Under the pieces are notes generated by a model. The model was not told the DNA's origin, searched no databases, and worked only from the letters and a program-made list of their open reading frames with translations. A DNA stretch of 46,533 nucleotides from a virus. Location: the IMG/VR virus record IMGVR_UViG_3300045988_064709, one strand, 5' to 3'. The translations under genes were made by a program, and so were the position numbers. The stretch's first letter is position 1; every line of letters begins with the position of its first letter. Positions 7,498 to 17,442 of the stretch are shown here, one piece after another.

Positions 7498-8526
7498 ATG
7501 GCAGATCAGTTTGCTATGAGTTTCGGGGTACTCAATTACTCCGGTATGCTCTTTAACAAGGGCAACACCCGCACCCCTCTGAGTTCTATCATCGGCGGTC
7601 GTGCCAAGACCACGAACCATGTTGAGTTCGTGACCGGTCAGGAGTTCACCTCTGGCGGCGGCGCTCAGCCTGCTATCAGCGAGAGTGCTTCTCTGACCGC
7701 CCCTGACGCTACCGTTGTGACCCGTGCGCAGAAGACCAATGTGACTCAGATCTTTCAGGAGTCTGTCGGCATTTCCTACGGAAAGATGTCTAACATGGGT
7801 ACTCTGAGCGGTATCAATGTGGCGGGTCAGCAGGCCAACCCCATGAACGAGCTGGACTTTCAGGTTGCCGCCAAGATGATGAAGGTCAATGCCGACATTG
7901 AGTACACCTTCATTAACGGTGTCTACAACAAGGCCACTGATGATACCAAGATCAACAAGACCCGTGGTCTGGTTCCCGCAATCACTTCCAACACTACGGC
8001 GATGGCTTCCAAGCCCCTCGGCCTGTGGGATATTGCCGACATGGTGAAGAAGATTTACGGCGCTCACGCTCCCACCGATGGCCTGTGCCTGTGGTGTGAC
8101 GCTGTGACCATGTTCCAGATCAACGCTGACGCTGTTCAGAACGGTCTGACCGTGGTTCCCGCTGCCCGTAACATCAACGGTATCGCCCTGTCCAGCGTGG
8201 TCACGCCCATCGGCGTTGTCTATCTGTACCTTGGCGAGTACCTGCCTGCCGGTACTGCCCTGCTGCTGAACCTGAGCGTTCTGGCTCCCGTTTATCAGCC
8301 TGTCCCCGGCAAGGGCAACTTCTTCCTTGAGCCGCTGGCGAAGGTCGGCGCTGGTGAGAAGTATCAGCTCTTTGGTCAGATCGGCCTTGACCACGGCCCT
8401 GAGTGGTTCCACGGTAAGTTTACCGGTATCTCTACCGAGTTTACCGCTCCCACTTACAGCCGCAGCGTCTTTATCGCCAATGACGCAAACAACCCCGTGA
8501 ACACTAAGGCCGTTGCTGGCGGCTAA
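7498..8526 (+). CDS. Major capsid protein
   Basis: 342 aa, directly after the scaffold gene, with a strong RBS. The composition fits an HK97-fold capsid protein. The family assignment is from memory only. Confidence 0.75.
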   Translation: MADQFAMSFGVLNYSGMLFNKGNTRTPLSSIIGGRAKTTNHVEFVTGQEFTSGGGAQPAISESASLTAPDATVVTRAQKTNVTQIFQESVGISYGKMSNMGTLSGINVAGQQANPMNELDFQVAAKMMKVNADIEYTFINGVYNKATDDTKINKTRGLVPAITSNTTAMASKPLGLWDIADMVKKIYGAHAPTDGLCLWCDAVTMFQINADAVQNGLTVVPAARNINGIALSSVVTPIGVVYLYLGEYLPAGTALLLNLSVLAPVYQPVPGKGNFFLEPLAKVGAGEKYQLFGQIGLDHGPEWFHGKFTGISTEFTAPTYSRSVFIANDANNPVNTKAVAGG

Positions 8527-8566
8527 GAGTGGCGCAGGAGTAAAACAGACATTTTAGAAAGGAACG

Positions 8567-8893
8567 GTGGAAAGCATGACGGACGCTGAGAAGTTGAAAA
8601 TGGTGAAAGCCATGACCGGCGAGACAGACGAGGACACGCTTTCCACCTACCTTTCTATCGCCGGAAACAAGGTGTGCCGCAAGGCATACCCCTTTGACCC
8701 CACCGTGACCGCTGTTCCTGACCAGTACGCTCACATTCAGGTGGAGGTTGCCGTGTATCTGCTGAACAAGCGGGGAGCCGAAGGGCAGACCGCTCACAGC
8801 GAGAACGGTATCTCCCGCTCCTATGAAGACGGTGATGTGCCGCCTACGCTGCTGAGGGACATTGTTCCCTTTGCCGCTGTGATGGGAGGTTGA
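8567..8893 (+). CDS. Head-tail connector (gp6-like adaptor)
   Basis: 108 aa. The pattern EKLK..L....DEDTL...L..A is typical of gp6-like connectors. An alternative ATG start lies at 8576. Confidence 0.55.
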   Translation: MESMTDAEKLKMVKAMTGETDEDTLSTYLSIAGNKVCRKAYPFDPTVTAVPDQYAHIQVEVAVYLLNKRGAEGQTAHSENGISRSYEDGDVPPTLLRDIVPFAAVMGG

Positions 8894-8897
8894 GTGC

Positions 8898-9272
8898 ATG
8901 AGGACGTTGAACCGCAACAAATCGCCCTTCTGGTATCTGTTGTATGACCGCAAGGGACCTGCAAAGGACGAGTACGGCAACGAAACTGGTGAGGAACTGG
9001 TGGTTTACAAGCCTGCCGTGGCGATGAACGCCAATATCTCGGCGGCGACCGGCTCCGCTCAGGTGGAACAGTTCGGTAATTTCGCAGGGTACGACAAGGT
9101 GATCGTCACCGATGACCTGAGCTGCCCCATTGACGAGAATACCGTGTTGTTCATCGACAAGGAGCCGCAGTATGACGAGGACGGAAAACCGCTCTACGAT
9201 TACATGGTCAAGCGGGTCGCCAAGTCCCTCAATTCCATTTCTTATGCGGTCAGTAAGGTGACGGTATCGTGA
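8898..9272 (+). CDS. Head closure or neck protein (by position)
   Basis: 124 aa, within the neck module. Confidence 0.35.
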   Translation: MRTLNRNKSPFWYLLYDRKGPAKDEYGNETGEELVVYKPAVAMNANISAATGSAQVEQFGNFAGYDKVIVTDDLSCPIDENTVLFIDKEPQYDEDGKPLYDYMVKRVAKSLNSISYAVSKVTVS

Positions 9273-9793
9273 GTCAGACGATCAATGTTCCACTCTCCGG
9301 GAGAGGGATTGAGCAGCTGATACAGGAAGTTGAAAATCGTAAAACTTGGCTTCGAGATCGTGCAACGGTTTTTCTTGAACGCTTAGTTGCGATGGGGGTT
9401 GGAATTGCTTCTGCGTGTTTCGATGACGCAGCCTATGATGGCACAAATGATGTTGTTGTATCTGCGGAATATCGAGGTGAAAATGCAAGGGCGATTGTGG
9501 CAGTCGGTAAAGCGGTTTTATTTATCGAGTTCGGCACAGGTGTGACCTATCCCGATAACCACCCGGAAGCCAGAGATCACAATATGAAGCGTGGCGAGTA
9601 CGGTCAAGGTCACGGCAAGCAACAGTCTTGGGGCTATTACGGCGAACCCGGCACGAACGGAGTGCTGAAAGAAAAGAAGAACGGCGGGTTCGTGGTCATC
9701 ACTCACGGCAACCCCGCCAATATGCCGATGTATGAAACAAAGAAGGAATTGCAGTTTCAGCTTACCCGAATTGCGAAGGAGGTGTTTTCATGA
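9269..9793 (+). CDS. HK97 gp10-like neck/tail joining protein
   Basis: 174 aa. AVLFIEFGTG resembles the gp10-family EFGT motif. Overlapping start and stop codons with its neighbours. Confidence 0.45.
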   Translation: MSQTINVPLSGRGIEQLIQEVENRKTWLRDRATVFLERLVAMGVGIASACFDDAAYDGTNDVVVSAEYRGENARAIVAVGKAVLFIEFGTGVTYPDNHPEARDHNMKRGEYGQGHGKQQSWGYYGEPGTNGVLKEKKNGGFVVITHGNPANMPMYETKKELQFQLTRIAKEVFS

Positions 9794-10191
9794 TTGATGT
9801 GGAGAGTCAAATCTACACGCCGATTGCGGAAGCCCTGAGAGCGCAGTTTCCCGGTATCTTGGTCAGCGGTGAGTATGTCAATGCTCCTACCCGTTTCCCC
9901 TATGTGAGCTTGGTGGAGCAGGATAACTACACCACGGAAGCTCACATGGACAGCGGCGATACGGAGAGGTTCGCTACGCTGATGTACGAGGTGAATGTCT
10001 ACTCCGATAAGGCAGGCGGTAAGAAATCCGTTTGCCGGAAAATCATGAGGTTTGTGGACGATCTCATGTACGCCAAGAATTTCCGGCGTACTTCTCTGTC
10101 CCCGGTTCCCAATTTGGAGAACGCAACAATCTACCGTCTGGTTGCCCGATACAAGGCTGAAACGGACGGAACCACTCTTTATAGGAGGTAA
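9790..10191 (+). CDS. Tail completion/terminator protein (by position)
   Basis: 133 aa, immediately upstream of the tail tube gene. Confidence 0.35.
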   Translation: MIDVESQIYTPIAEALRAQFPGILVSGEYVNAPTRFPYVSLVEQDNYTTEAHMDSGDTERFATLMYEVNVYSDKAGGKKSVCRKIMRFVDDLMYAKNFRRTSLSPVPNLENATIYRLVARYKAETDGTTLYRR

Positions 10192-10196
10192 ATGAA

Positions 10197-10628
10197 ATGG
10201 CTATTTCCACCTACAAGGTTTTTCTGATGAAGAAAGCCGACACTGGTGAACAGTGGAGCAAGCTGATCGACATTAAGGAGTTTCCTGACCTCGGCGGCGA
10301 ACCCGAAATGCTGGAAACTACCACCCTGAGCGACAATATGCAGACCTACATCGCCGGTATCCAGTCCCTCGATGGTCTGTCCTTCACCGCCAACTACACG
10401 CTGGCTGATTTCCAGACCCTCAAGGCTTTGGAAGGCAAGAAGGTCAGCTATGCGGTCTGGTTTGGCGGCACCGAGAGCGATGGTACTGTTACTCCCGATG
10501 GCTCTAACGGCAAGTTCAGCTTTGACGGTGAGCTGTCCGTGTATCCCGTGGGCGGCGGCGTGAACGAAGTGGTGAACATGAACATCACCATCGCTCCTTC
10601 CACCCCCATCGCTTTCTCCGCAACCTAA
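10197..10628 (+). CDS. Major tail (tube) protein
   Basis: 143 aa. The pattern I.EFPDLGGEPEMLETTTLSD...Y.AGIQ is typical of siphovirus tube proteins. AGGAGG RBS. Confidence 0.75.
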   Translation: MAISTYKVFLMKKADTGEQWSKLIDIKEFPDLGGEPEMLETTTLSDNMQTYIAGIQSLDGLSFTANYTLADFQTLKALEGKKVSYAVWFGGTESDGTVTPDGSNGKFSFDGELSVYPVGGGVNEVVNMNITIAPSTPIAFSAT

Positions 10629-10666
10629 GACACCAACAATCGCCGTATTGATAAGGAGGATTTATC

Positions 10667-11008
10667 ATGGCAAAGCAGTTGACGATCAATGACCCTACTA
10701 CCGGCGTGACCTACACGCTGGAATACACCCGCAAGACCGTTGAAGCAATGGAGAAGAACGGCTTTGTTGCCGCCGATGTGGAGCGCAAGCCTATGACCCT
10801 GCTTCCGGCTCTGTTTGCCGGTGCGTTCCTCGCCCATCATCGGTTTGTGAAGCGTGATGTGATCGACAGCATTTACGCTCGTATGAACCACAAGGACGAG
10901 CTGATTGCCGCTCTGGTAGAGATGTATAACGACCCCCTGCTGAGTCTGCTGGACGAGCCTGAGCAGGAGGGCAACGAGGGAAACCTGAGCTGGAAGACCG
11001 GCTGGTAA
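10667..11008 (+). CDS. Tail assembly chaperone (G-like, short form)
   Basis: 113 aa, between the tube and tape measure genes. It contains the slippery site near its 3' end. Confidence 0.75.
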   Translation: MAKQLTINDPTTGVTYTLEYTRKTVEAMEKNGFVAADVERKPMTLLPALFAGAFLAHHRFVKRDVIDSIYARMNHKDELIAALVEMYNDPLLSLLDEPEQEGNEGNLSWKTGW

Positions 11009-11463
11009 GCGACCGATCTTCCAGAAGTGAGGGGGGCGGCGGCGACCATCGCCCCGCTCCCCTTCTCGCTTACACACCGAAGTTTTATGAGGTTTTTCCG
11101 TACTATCTTTCCATCGGCATGACCTATGAGCAGTTTTGGGAACAGGACTGCGAATTGGTGAAGTATTACCGAAAGGCGGCGCAGATCAGGCAAGACCTGA
11201 GAAATCAAGACGCTTGGCTCCAAGGAGCTTATTTTTACGAAGCTCTTATTGATGCTGCCCCGGTTCTTCGTGCTTTCGCCAAGAAGGGAACCAAGCCCAC
11301 GCCGTATCGGGAAAGCCCCTATGAGCTGTTCAGTCGGCAGGACAAGAAACAACAGAAGCAGCTTCAAGAAAAACACGATGACCAAGCCAAGGCATACATG
11401 GAAGCCTTTATGGTGTCGGTCAATAAGAAATTTCAAGAGAAAGGTGGTGGCGTAAATGGCTGA
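10667..11463 (+). CDS. Tail assembly chaperone GT-like fusion (requires a -1 shift at 10978..10984)
   Basis: After the slip the frame reads GGG AAA CCT GAG... without stops to 11463. The listed ORF 11119..11463 is only the ATG-bounded tail of this frame. Confidence 0.65.
10978..10984 (+). promoter_or_regulatory. -1 programmed ribosomal frameshift slippery heptamer G GGA AAC
   Basis: An X XXY YYZ heptamer in the zero frame of 10667..11008. The -1 frame is open from 10963 to 11463. Confidence 0.75.
10991..11023 (+). promoter_or_regulatory. Putative frameshift-stimulating hairpin
   Basis: TGGAAGA/TCTTCCA stem plus inner CGG/CCG pairs, starting 6 nt after the heptamer. Confidence 0.5.
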
Positions 11464-14400
11464 CAATGTGGAAATTCAGGGGTTGGAGTTTCAGATCGTC
11501 AATGACAGTACGCAGGCGGTCGCAGGGCTTCAAAACCTGATTAACACGCTCAATCGTTTGAAAACCGCTACCAACGGCGGCGCAACGGGTCTGAGCAAGA
11601 CCGCTCAGGGTATTCGGGAGCTTTCCAATTCTCTGAAAGGCTTGAACAGCGGTGACGCTTCGCAGAAGATCACCCGGCTTACCAATGCGCTGACCGCTCT
11701 GAGTCAGGTTGGAAATGTGAAGATTTCTTCCTCCATCGCCAACCAGCTCACGGCAATCAACACCGCTCTCGCTGGCCTGAAATGGACGGACGGCGACAAG
11801 TTGACTTCCCTTGCCAACGGTTTACGCCCTCTCTCCGAGTTGGGTAAGGCCAACATGACCACCTTTATCAATCAGCTCTCCAAGCTGCCGAAGGTGATCG
11901 AGGATTTGGAAGCGGCGGACATTGACAAGTTCACACAGCAGATGACCGCTCTTGCCGCCGCCATGAAGCCTTTTGCCGATGAAATGCAGAAGGTGTCCAA
12001 CGGCTTCTCGGCGTTTCCGTCCAAAATCCAAAAGCTGATTACCAGCACGGAGAAATACAACGCTTCTGCCCGTAAAGCAACCTCCACTACCGGTAAGTTC
12101 ACAAGCGGATTGAAAGCGTTGAATGTCGCCGCTGTTGCAATCACTTTCCGCAAAATTGGACATTTCATCGCACAGGCGGTCACGGAGTCCAACAAGTATC
12201 AAGAAGACCTGAACCTGTTCACGGTTGCCTTGGGGCAGTATGCCGCCGAAGCTCAAAACTACGCTGAAAAGGTATCCGATGTTATGGGTATCGACCCGGC
12301 ACAGTGGCTCCGCAATCAGGGTGTTTTCAACACGCTGCTGACCGGCTTCGGTGACACGGCTGAACGAGCGCAGCTCATGAGCCAAAACCTGACACAGCTC
12401 GGCTACGATATTTCTTCCTTCTTCAATATTTCCATTGAAGACGCTATGCAGAAGTTACAGTCCGGTATTTCCGGCGAGTTGGAACCTCTACGGCGCTTGG
12501 GCTACGATTTGTCGCAGGCACGGTTGGAGCAGACCGCTTTGAACCTTGGTATCAAGGAAAGCGTTGCAAACATGACGCAGGCAGAAAAGGCCGAGCTGAG
12601 ATACTACGCCATTATGACTCAGGTAACGACCGCTCAGGGCGATATGGCGAGAACGCTGGAAGCTCCCGCAAACCAGCTTCGTATCTTGCAGGCACAACTT
12701 ACACAGGCCGCACGAGCGATCGGTAACATCTTCATTCCCGCACTGAACGCAATTCTTCCTTATGCAATCGCTGTTGTTCAGGTCATTCGGGAGATCGCTG
12801 ATGCCCTTGCCAACCTTGCAGGGTTCAAGCTAACCGATGTGGACTATTCGGGAGTGAATAGCGCTGCTGTCGGAGCCGGGTCTTTGGCTAATAATCTCGA
12901 TGACGCTGCCGGTGCTGCCAAGAAGCTGAAACAGTACACCGCAGGCTTTGACGAGCTGAATGTCTTTGCTCCCAACACGGGAAGCGGTTCCGGGGCGGGT
13001 GCTGGTGGCGCAGGCGGATTCGATTTCGATTTGCCTACCTACGATTTCCTTGGTGACGCTGTGCAGACTCGCATTGGTGAAATCAAGAAGATGATTGAGG
13101 ACACTCTCGCAGAGATCACCACGATTGTTTCCGGCTTTATGCTGGCGGTAGGTGCAATTCTGGTTGTAACCGGTGTGAATATTCCGCTGGGTGTCGGCCT
13201 GATGGCGGCGGGTGCAGTCGGCCTTGCGGCTACCGTTGGGCTGAATTGGACGGCTATGAGTAGCGAACTGGCAAGTACGCTGGCTCTCATTACAGGTGTT
13301 GTCGGCGGCTTCCTGCTGGCTCTTGGCGCAATTATGGCGTTCTCCGGGGCGAACCTTCCTCTTGGTATCGCTTTGATGGCCTTGGGTGGAGCAAGCCTTG
13401 TATCTGCCGCTGTTATCAACTGGCATAACAGCGACCGGCACCTCACTGACGCTTTGACCACCTTAACGGGAGTTCTGGCGGGTGCTTCTCTGGCGGTAGG
13501 CGCTATGTTGGCCTTTACCGGGGTCGCAACCGGGCTGGGTATTGCGCTGATGGCTGTTGGTGCTGTCACGCTTGTATCTGCCGCAGCTCTGAACTGGAAC
13601 AGTATCCCGGACGCTCTGGCTTCTCCCTTGTCCAGAGTAGGATTGCTGGTCAGCGGAGCAACCTTGGCGCTCGGCGCTATCCTCGCTTTCTCCGGGTGTA
13701 TGCCCCTCGGCATTGCGCTGATGGCTATTGGCGCTACTTCTTTGGTTTCTGTAATGGCTCTTAACTGGAATGGCCTGAGCGATGAAATCCAGAATGTGAT
13801 TGCCATTATTACCACGGTCGTATCTGTGGCGTTCCTCGCTATCGGTGCGGCACTGGCGTTCTCCGGGGCGAATATTCCGTTGGGTCTGGCTCTGCTGGCG
13901 GCGGGTGCGGTCACAATGGGTACGGCTATTATGCCGAACTGGAATGACCTCTCTGACAATGTTCAGCAGAAGATCAGCATGATTACCACCGTTGTCGGCG
14001 GCGCTCTCTTGGCGGTCGGCGCTATCCTTGCTCTGAGCGGAGTCGCCCTTCCTCTTGGTCTTGGCCTGATGGCGGCTGGCGCATTGAGCCTTGGCGCTGT
14101 TGCTACCCTGAATTGGGATTTTGTTGTTAATTCCATTAAGAAGGTTGTATCGGTCATTACAGGTATTCTCAGCGGTGCATTGATCGTTCTCGGTGTCCTG
14201 CTGTGCCTGAGCGGTGCGGGTGTTGGCCTTGGTCTGGCGGTACTGGCGGCGGGTCTGTCCCTGTCGTATGCGGCATGGACGCTGGACGATAACCCCATTA
14301 CTCGCTTTGTACGACAGATGGCAAACTCCATCATTGGACTTGTGAACGGTGTCATTGACGCAATCAATGATATGTTCCACATCCAGTTCAACGGCCTGTC

Positions 14401-14776
14401 TGTTATGGGTATCACGCTTATTCCGGCGTTTGATATTCGATTGGTGGATATTCCGCATATTCCGTTCTTTGAAGACGGCGGTTTCCCGAATGAAGGGCAG
14501 CTCTTTATCGCCCGTGAAGCGGGTGCGGAAATGGTCGGTGCGATGGGTCGCAGAACAGCGGTTGCCAACAATGACCAGATCGTTGAGGGTATCTCCGCAG
14601 GCGTGTCCATCGCCAACGATGGCGTAATCGCCGCTATTTACGCTCTGCTGAATGTCGTTGAGGAAAAGGACTTCTCCGTGAATATTGGTGACAATCAGAT
14701 CGGTGAGTCTTATGACCGTTATAACCGAGCCAGAGGTGTTCGCGTGAATACCGGCGCTTTCAGTAATGCCTACTAA
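11456..14776 (+). CDS. Tape measure protein
   Basis: 1106 aa, the largest gene, sitting after the chaperones. Helical N-terminal half, hydrophobic repeat core, conserved C-terminal region. Confidence 0.85.
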   Translation: MADNVEIQGLEFQIVNDSTQAVAGLQNLINTLNRLKTATNGGATGLSKTAQGIRELSNSLKGLNSGDASQKITRLTNALTALSQVGNVKISSSIANQLTAINTALAGLKWTDGDKLTSLANGLRPLSELGKANMTTFINQLSKLPKVIEDLEAADIDKFTQQMTALAAAMKPFADEMQKVSNGFSAFPSKIQKLITSTEKYNASARKATSTTGKFTSGLKALNVAAVAITFRKIGHFIAQAVTESNKYQEDLNLFTVALGQYAAEAQNYAEKVSDVMGIDPAQWLRNQGVFNTLLTGFGDTAERAQLMSQNLTQLGYDISSFFNISIEDAMQKLQSGISGELEPLRRLGYDLSQARLEQTALNLGIKESVANMTQAEKAELRYYAIMTQVTTAQGDMARTLEAPANQLRILQAQLTQAARAIGNIFIPALNAILPYAIAVVQVIREIADALANLAGFKLTDVDYSGVNSAAVGAGSLANNLDDAAGAAKKLKQYTAGFDELNVFAPNTGSGSGAGAGGAGGFDFDLPTYDFLGDAVQTRIGEIKKMIEDTLAEITTIVSGFMLAVGAILVVTGVNIPLGVGLMAAGAVGLAATVGLNWTAMSSELASTLALITGVVGGFLLALGAIMAFSGANLPLGIALMALGGASLVSAAVINWHNSDRHLTDALTTLTGVLAGASLAVGAMLAFTGVATGLGIALMAVGAVTLVSAAALNWNSIPDALASPLSRVGLLVSGATLALGAILAFSGCMPLGIALMAIGATSLVSVMALNWNGLSDEIQNVIAIITTVVSVAFLAIGAALAFSGANIPLGLALLAAGAVTMGTAIMPNWNDLSDNVQQKISMITTVVGGALLAVGAILALSGVALPLGLGLMAAGALSLGAVATLNWDFVVNSIKKVVSVITGILSGALIVLGVLLCLSGAGVGLGLAVLAAGLSLSYAAWTLDDNPITRFVRQMANSIIGLVNGVIDAINDMFHIQFNGLSVMGITLIPAFDIRLVDIPHIPFFEDGGFPNEGQLFIAREAGAEMVGAMGRRTAVANNDQIVEGISAGVSIANDGVIAAIYALLNVVEEKDFSVNIGDNQIGESYDRYNRARGVRVNTGAFSNAY
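13127..14290 (+). repeat. About 7 tandem coding repeats of roughly 174 bp (58 aa) inside the tape measure gene
   Basis: The L/I-N-W codon motif recurs at 13241, 13415, 13589, 13760, 13934 and 14108, with spacings of 174/174/171/174/174 nt. Each unit is a Gly/Ala/Leu-rich hydrophobic pair (..GAILAFSG.N.PLG.ALMA.GA..L....LNW). Confidence 0.8.
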
Positions 14777-14790
14777 GGAGGGCTGAGGAA

Positions 14791-15177
14791 ATGCAAAGTT
14801 TCATTACAATCAATGGCACAAAGTTTCCTCAGCCCCGCAGGGGCTTAGAGCTGCTGTCTGCCACTATCGTAGACTCCGCCAGAAATGCCAACGGCGTTGT
14901 GGTAGGTCAGAAGGTAGGCAGAGATCAACAGAAGCTCAACAACCTCTTTTGGGGCTACTTGACAGCGGAACAGTGGTCTGCCATGTTGCAGATTTTTGAT
15001 AAGAACTTCTTTGTGACGGTCACTTATCCTGATATGGTAAACAACCGCTGGACAACCAGAAAGATGTACCCCGGCGACCGCACGGCGACCCCGTACCATC
15101 TTGACCCGAACACGGGGCTTCCTGCGGACTACATCAACTGCAAAGTCAACATCATTGACTGCGGCGAACCGTTCTAA
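14791..15177 (+). CDS. Tail component (in the distal-tail-protein position)
   Basis: 128 aa, directly after the tape measure gene. AGGAGG RBS. Confidence 0.35.
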   Translation: MQSFITINGTKFPQPRRGLELLSATIVDSARNANGVVVGQKVGRDQQKLNNLFWGYLTAEQWSAMLQIFDKNFFVTVTYPDMVNNRWTTRKMYPGDRTATPYHLDPNTGLPADYINCKVNIIDCGEPF

Positions 15178-15189
15178 GGAGGTGTAGCC

Positions 15190-17442
15190 GTGAAACAGGT
15201 AAGCAACGCTTACAAGCTGTCGATGAAGTCTTTGCTCCGTGAGCAGTCCTTTGTGGAGATCACCTTCTCTCAGGTGGACACGGCGGCGGCAACAGACGGT
15301 AATTGGGTCAGCAACGGGGCGCAGAGCTATTCTGAGTTCGACACGCTGGACTACGGATATGATTATCAGGAGTCCTATGCGGCGTTGGAGCTGAACCGGT
15401 GGGCGCTGGACGGGAATACGGTCATCGTTCCTTCTTCCGGGACGATGTATGACGGCTTTGTTTCGAGTCACATGAGTAATGCTGAGGGCAAGTTCACCAT
15501 CCCTGCGGTGCTAACCCGTGCTTTCAGCAATCCTCATACCTTCCCCGGTATCACTCTGACTTTTGACACCCGCTATCAGGAATGGCCTGATACCGTGACG
15601 GTTGATTTCTACCTGAATGGGGCGGTACTGGAAAGTCTGACCCTTCCCGTAGAGGGAACAGAGTTGGTCATCAACACGAAGGTCGCTTCTTGTGACAAGA
15701 TCGTGTTGACGATGGGGAACACCCTCCCGTACCGCCGACCTCGGTTGCAACAGGTTCTCTACGGTGTGCAGAAGAAATTTGGAAATGATGACATTGTTTC
15801 CATCAAGGAGTCTCACGATGTAGACCCGCTCTCCCGCAGACTGCCGCAGGAAACCATGCAGTTCGTTCTTTTGGACTACGAACACAATTATGACCCGGAT
15901 AACCCGAAAGGCATTTATGCCTATCTGGATAAGAAGTCACCGATTTCTCTCCGATACGGTTATATGCTTCCCACGGGCAAGGTCGAGTGGCTGAAAGCGG
16001 ACAAGTATGTGCTGAACAGCAAACCGAAAGCCGCCAAAAATCAGGCCACCTTCACAGGGACAGGTCTGGTTGGAAGTCTGACCGGAACCTTCTACAAGAG
16101 TAAGCTCGGCTCCAAAAACTTCTATGACATGGCTGAGGAAGTGCTTTTGGACGCAGACCTGACGCTGACAGCGCAGGGTACACACCCGTGGGTGATTGAC
16201 CCAACCTTGAAGCAGATGTTCACTACGGCGGCGCTCCCCATTGACTCGCACATGAACTGCCTGCAACTGATCGCTCACGCCTGCCGCTGCCGCCTGTTTA
16301 CAGACGATGACAATATCATTCACATCAAGCCTTTTGGCGTGACTGTGGTTGGTATTTACAGCGGCGTATGGGCGGATAACGGTCATCTGTGGTACAGCGA
16401 GTGGGACACTGTTGACCGTGGCAATAAGGTCGGCAACACCTATGCGGCGTTGGAACTGAACCGCTGGACATTGGACGGTGGAGATCAGGTTATTGTTGAA
16501 GATACCAACCCCTCCGGTCGAGGGTTTATCAGCGAAGCGATGACTGCGGCAGATGGCACTTATACCACAAAGCCGACCTTCACCAAGACCTTTGATGTTT
16601 CTCACGACCTTCCCGTGTTGGCTCTCCGCTTTGATACCCCCTTGGACGAGTACCCCACCTCTATTCAGGTGAAGTATTACGCCGGGACGAAGCTGCTGGA
16701 CACGCAGACTGTGAAGGGTATCACTTCTGCGGAGGTGTTTGTCAACAGCGAAGCGGCGATTGACTGCACCAAAATTGAGGTAACGATGGACGGTGGCCTG
16801 CCGTATCGCCGTATGCGGGTGAGCAAGCTCTACTACCGTGAAACGGACTTCACGCTGGACTTTGACTCGATTGATAAGGACTCTCAATCCATCGCAAAAA
16901 TCGACCAGCTCAAAGCGGTGTCTGTCGCCAAGTATGCGTACACGGCGGCAAATGACACCACCAAACTTTTCGAGGGAACGACCACCGAAACTCAGCTTCA
17001 TGTCGAGTTCTCTGGTCTTGCACAAGATGTTTCTATCTCTGTTTCTGGCGGCTCGTTGGTATCCTCCAACATTTACGCCAGAGCTGCGGATTTGGTGTTA
17101 TCCTCCGGCACTAAAACCGTAGTTGTTACCGGTAAAACTCTGTCTGAGAACTCGGTGGTCGTTTCCTATCCCGTAGCTCTCGATGGAGAAATCGACAAGG
17201 AGGAAAACCCCCTTATCACCAACGATACGATGTGCGCCGCTCTTGCCGATCAGGTGAAAAAGTATCTGCAAATGCAGAACACCTATCAGACAAAGTACCG
17301 TGGCAATCCTGAGTTGGAAGTGGGCGATGTGATTGGCTTGCAGACGCTCTACACCGATGAAATGGACGCATTGATCTTGGTGGACGAGATCACATTTAAC
17401 GGCTCTCTGAGCGGAAAGTTGAAGGTGAAAGGTCTGATATGA
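15190..17442 (+). CDS. Tail tip/baseplate protein with an internal domain duplication
   Basis: 750 aa. YAALELNRW(A/T)LDG ... LPYRR(P/M)R occurs twice, near aa 60-195 and aa 415-550. Confidence 0.55.
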   Translation: MKQVSNAYKLSMKSLLREQSFVEITFSQVDTAAATDGNWVSNGAQSYSEFDTLDYGYDYQESYAALELNRWALDGNTVIVPSSGTMYDGFVSSHMSNAEGKFTIPAVLTRAFSNPHTFPGITLTFDTRYQEWPDTVTVDFYLNGAVLESLTLPVEGTELVINTKVASCDKIVLTMGNTLPYRRPRLQQVLYGVQKKFGNDDIVSIKESHDVDPLSRRLPQETMQFVLLDYEHNYDPDNPKGIYAYLDKKSPISLRYGYMLPTGKVEWLKADKYVLNSKPKAAKNQATFTGTGLVGSLTGTFYKSKLGSKNFYDMAEEVLLDADLTLTAQGTHPWVIDPTLKQMFTTAALPIDSHMNCLQLIAHACRCRLFTDDDNIIHIKPFGVTVVGIYSGVWADNGHLWYSEWDTVDRGNKVGNTYAALELNRWTLDGGDQVIVEDTNPSGRGFISEAMTAADGTYTTKPTFTKTFDVSHDLPVLALRFDTPLDEYPTSIQVKYYAGTKLLDTQTVKGITSAEVFVNSEAAIDCTKIEVTMDGGLPYRRMRVSKLYYRETDFTLDFDSIDKDSQSIAKIDQLKAVSVAKYAYTAANDTTKLFEGTTTETQLHVEFSGLAQDVSISVSGGSLVSSNIYARAADLVLSSGTKTVVVTGKTLSENSVVVSYPVALDGEIDKEENPLITNDTMCAALADQVKKYLQMQNTYQTKYRGNPELEVGDVIGLQTLYTDEMDALILVDEITFNGSLSGKLKVKGLI

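Noticed and set aside
7075-8412. Long minus-strand ORF (445 aa) opposite the scaffold and capsid genes. Similar antisense ORFs lie at 3824..4837, 13039..14616, 15937..17025, 17349..19061, 33072..35208 and 41102..42658.
   Set aside because: They have no RBS, low-complexity Arg/Gly/Leu/Val-rich translations, and sit exactly opposite well-supported + strand genes with strong RBSs and family motifs. These are typical shadow ORFs of GC-rich coding DNA.
13127-14290. Regular 174-bp periodicity considered as a CRISPR-like or satellite array.
   Set aside because: The repeats are in frame within one long ORF, diverged at the nucleotide level and lack unique spacers. They are protein-coding repeats of the tape measure protein.
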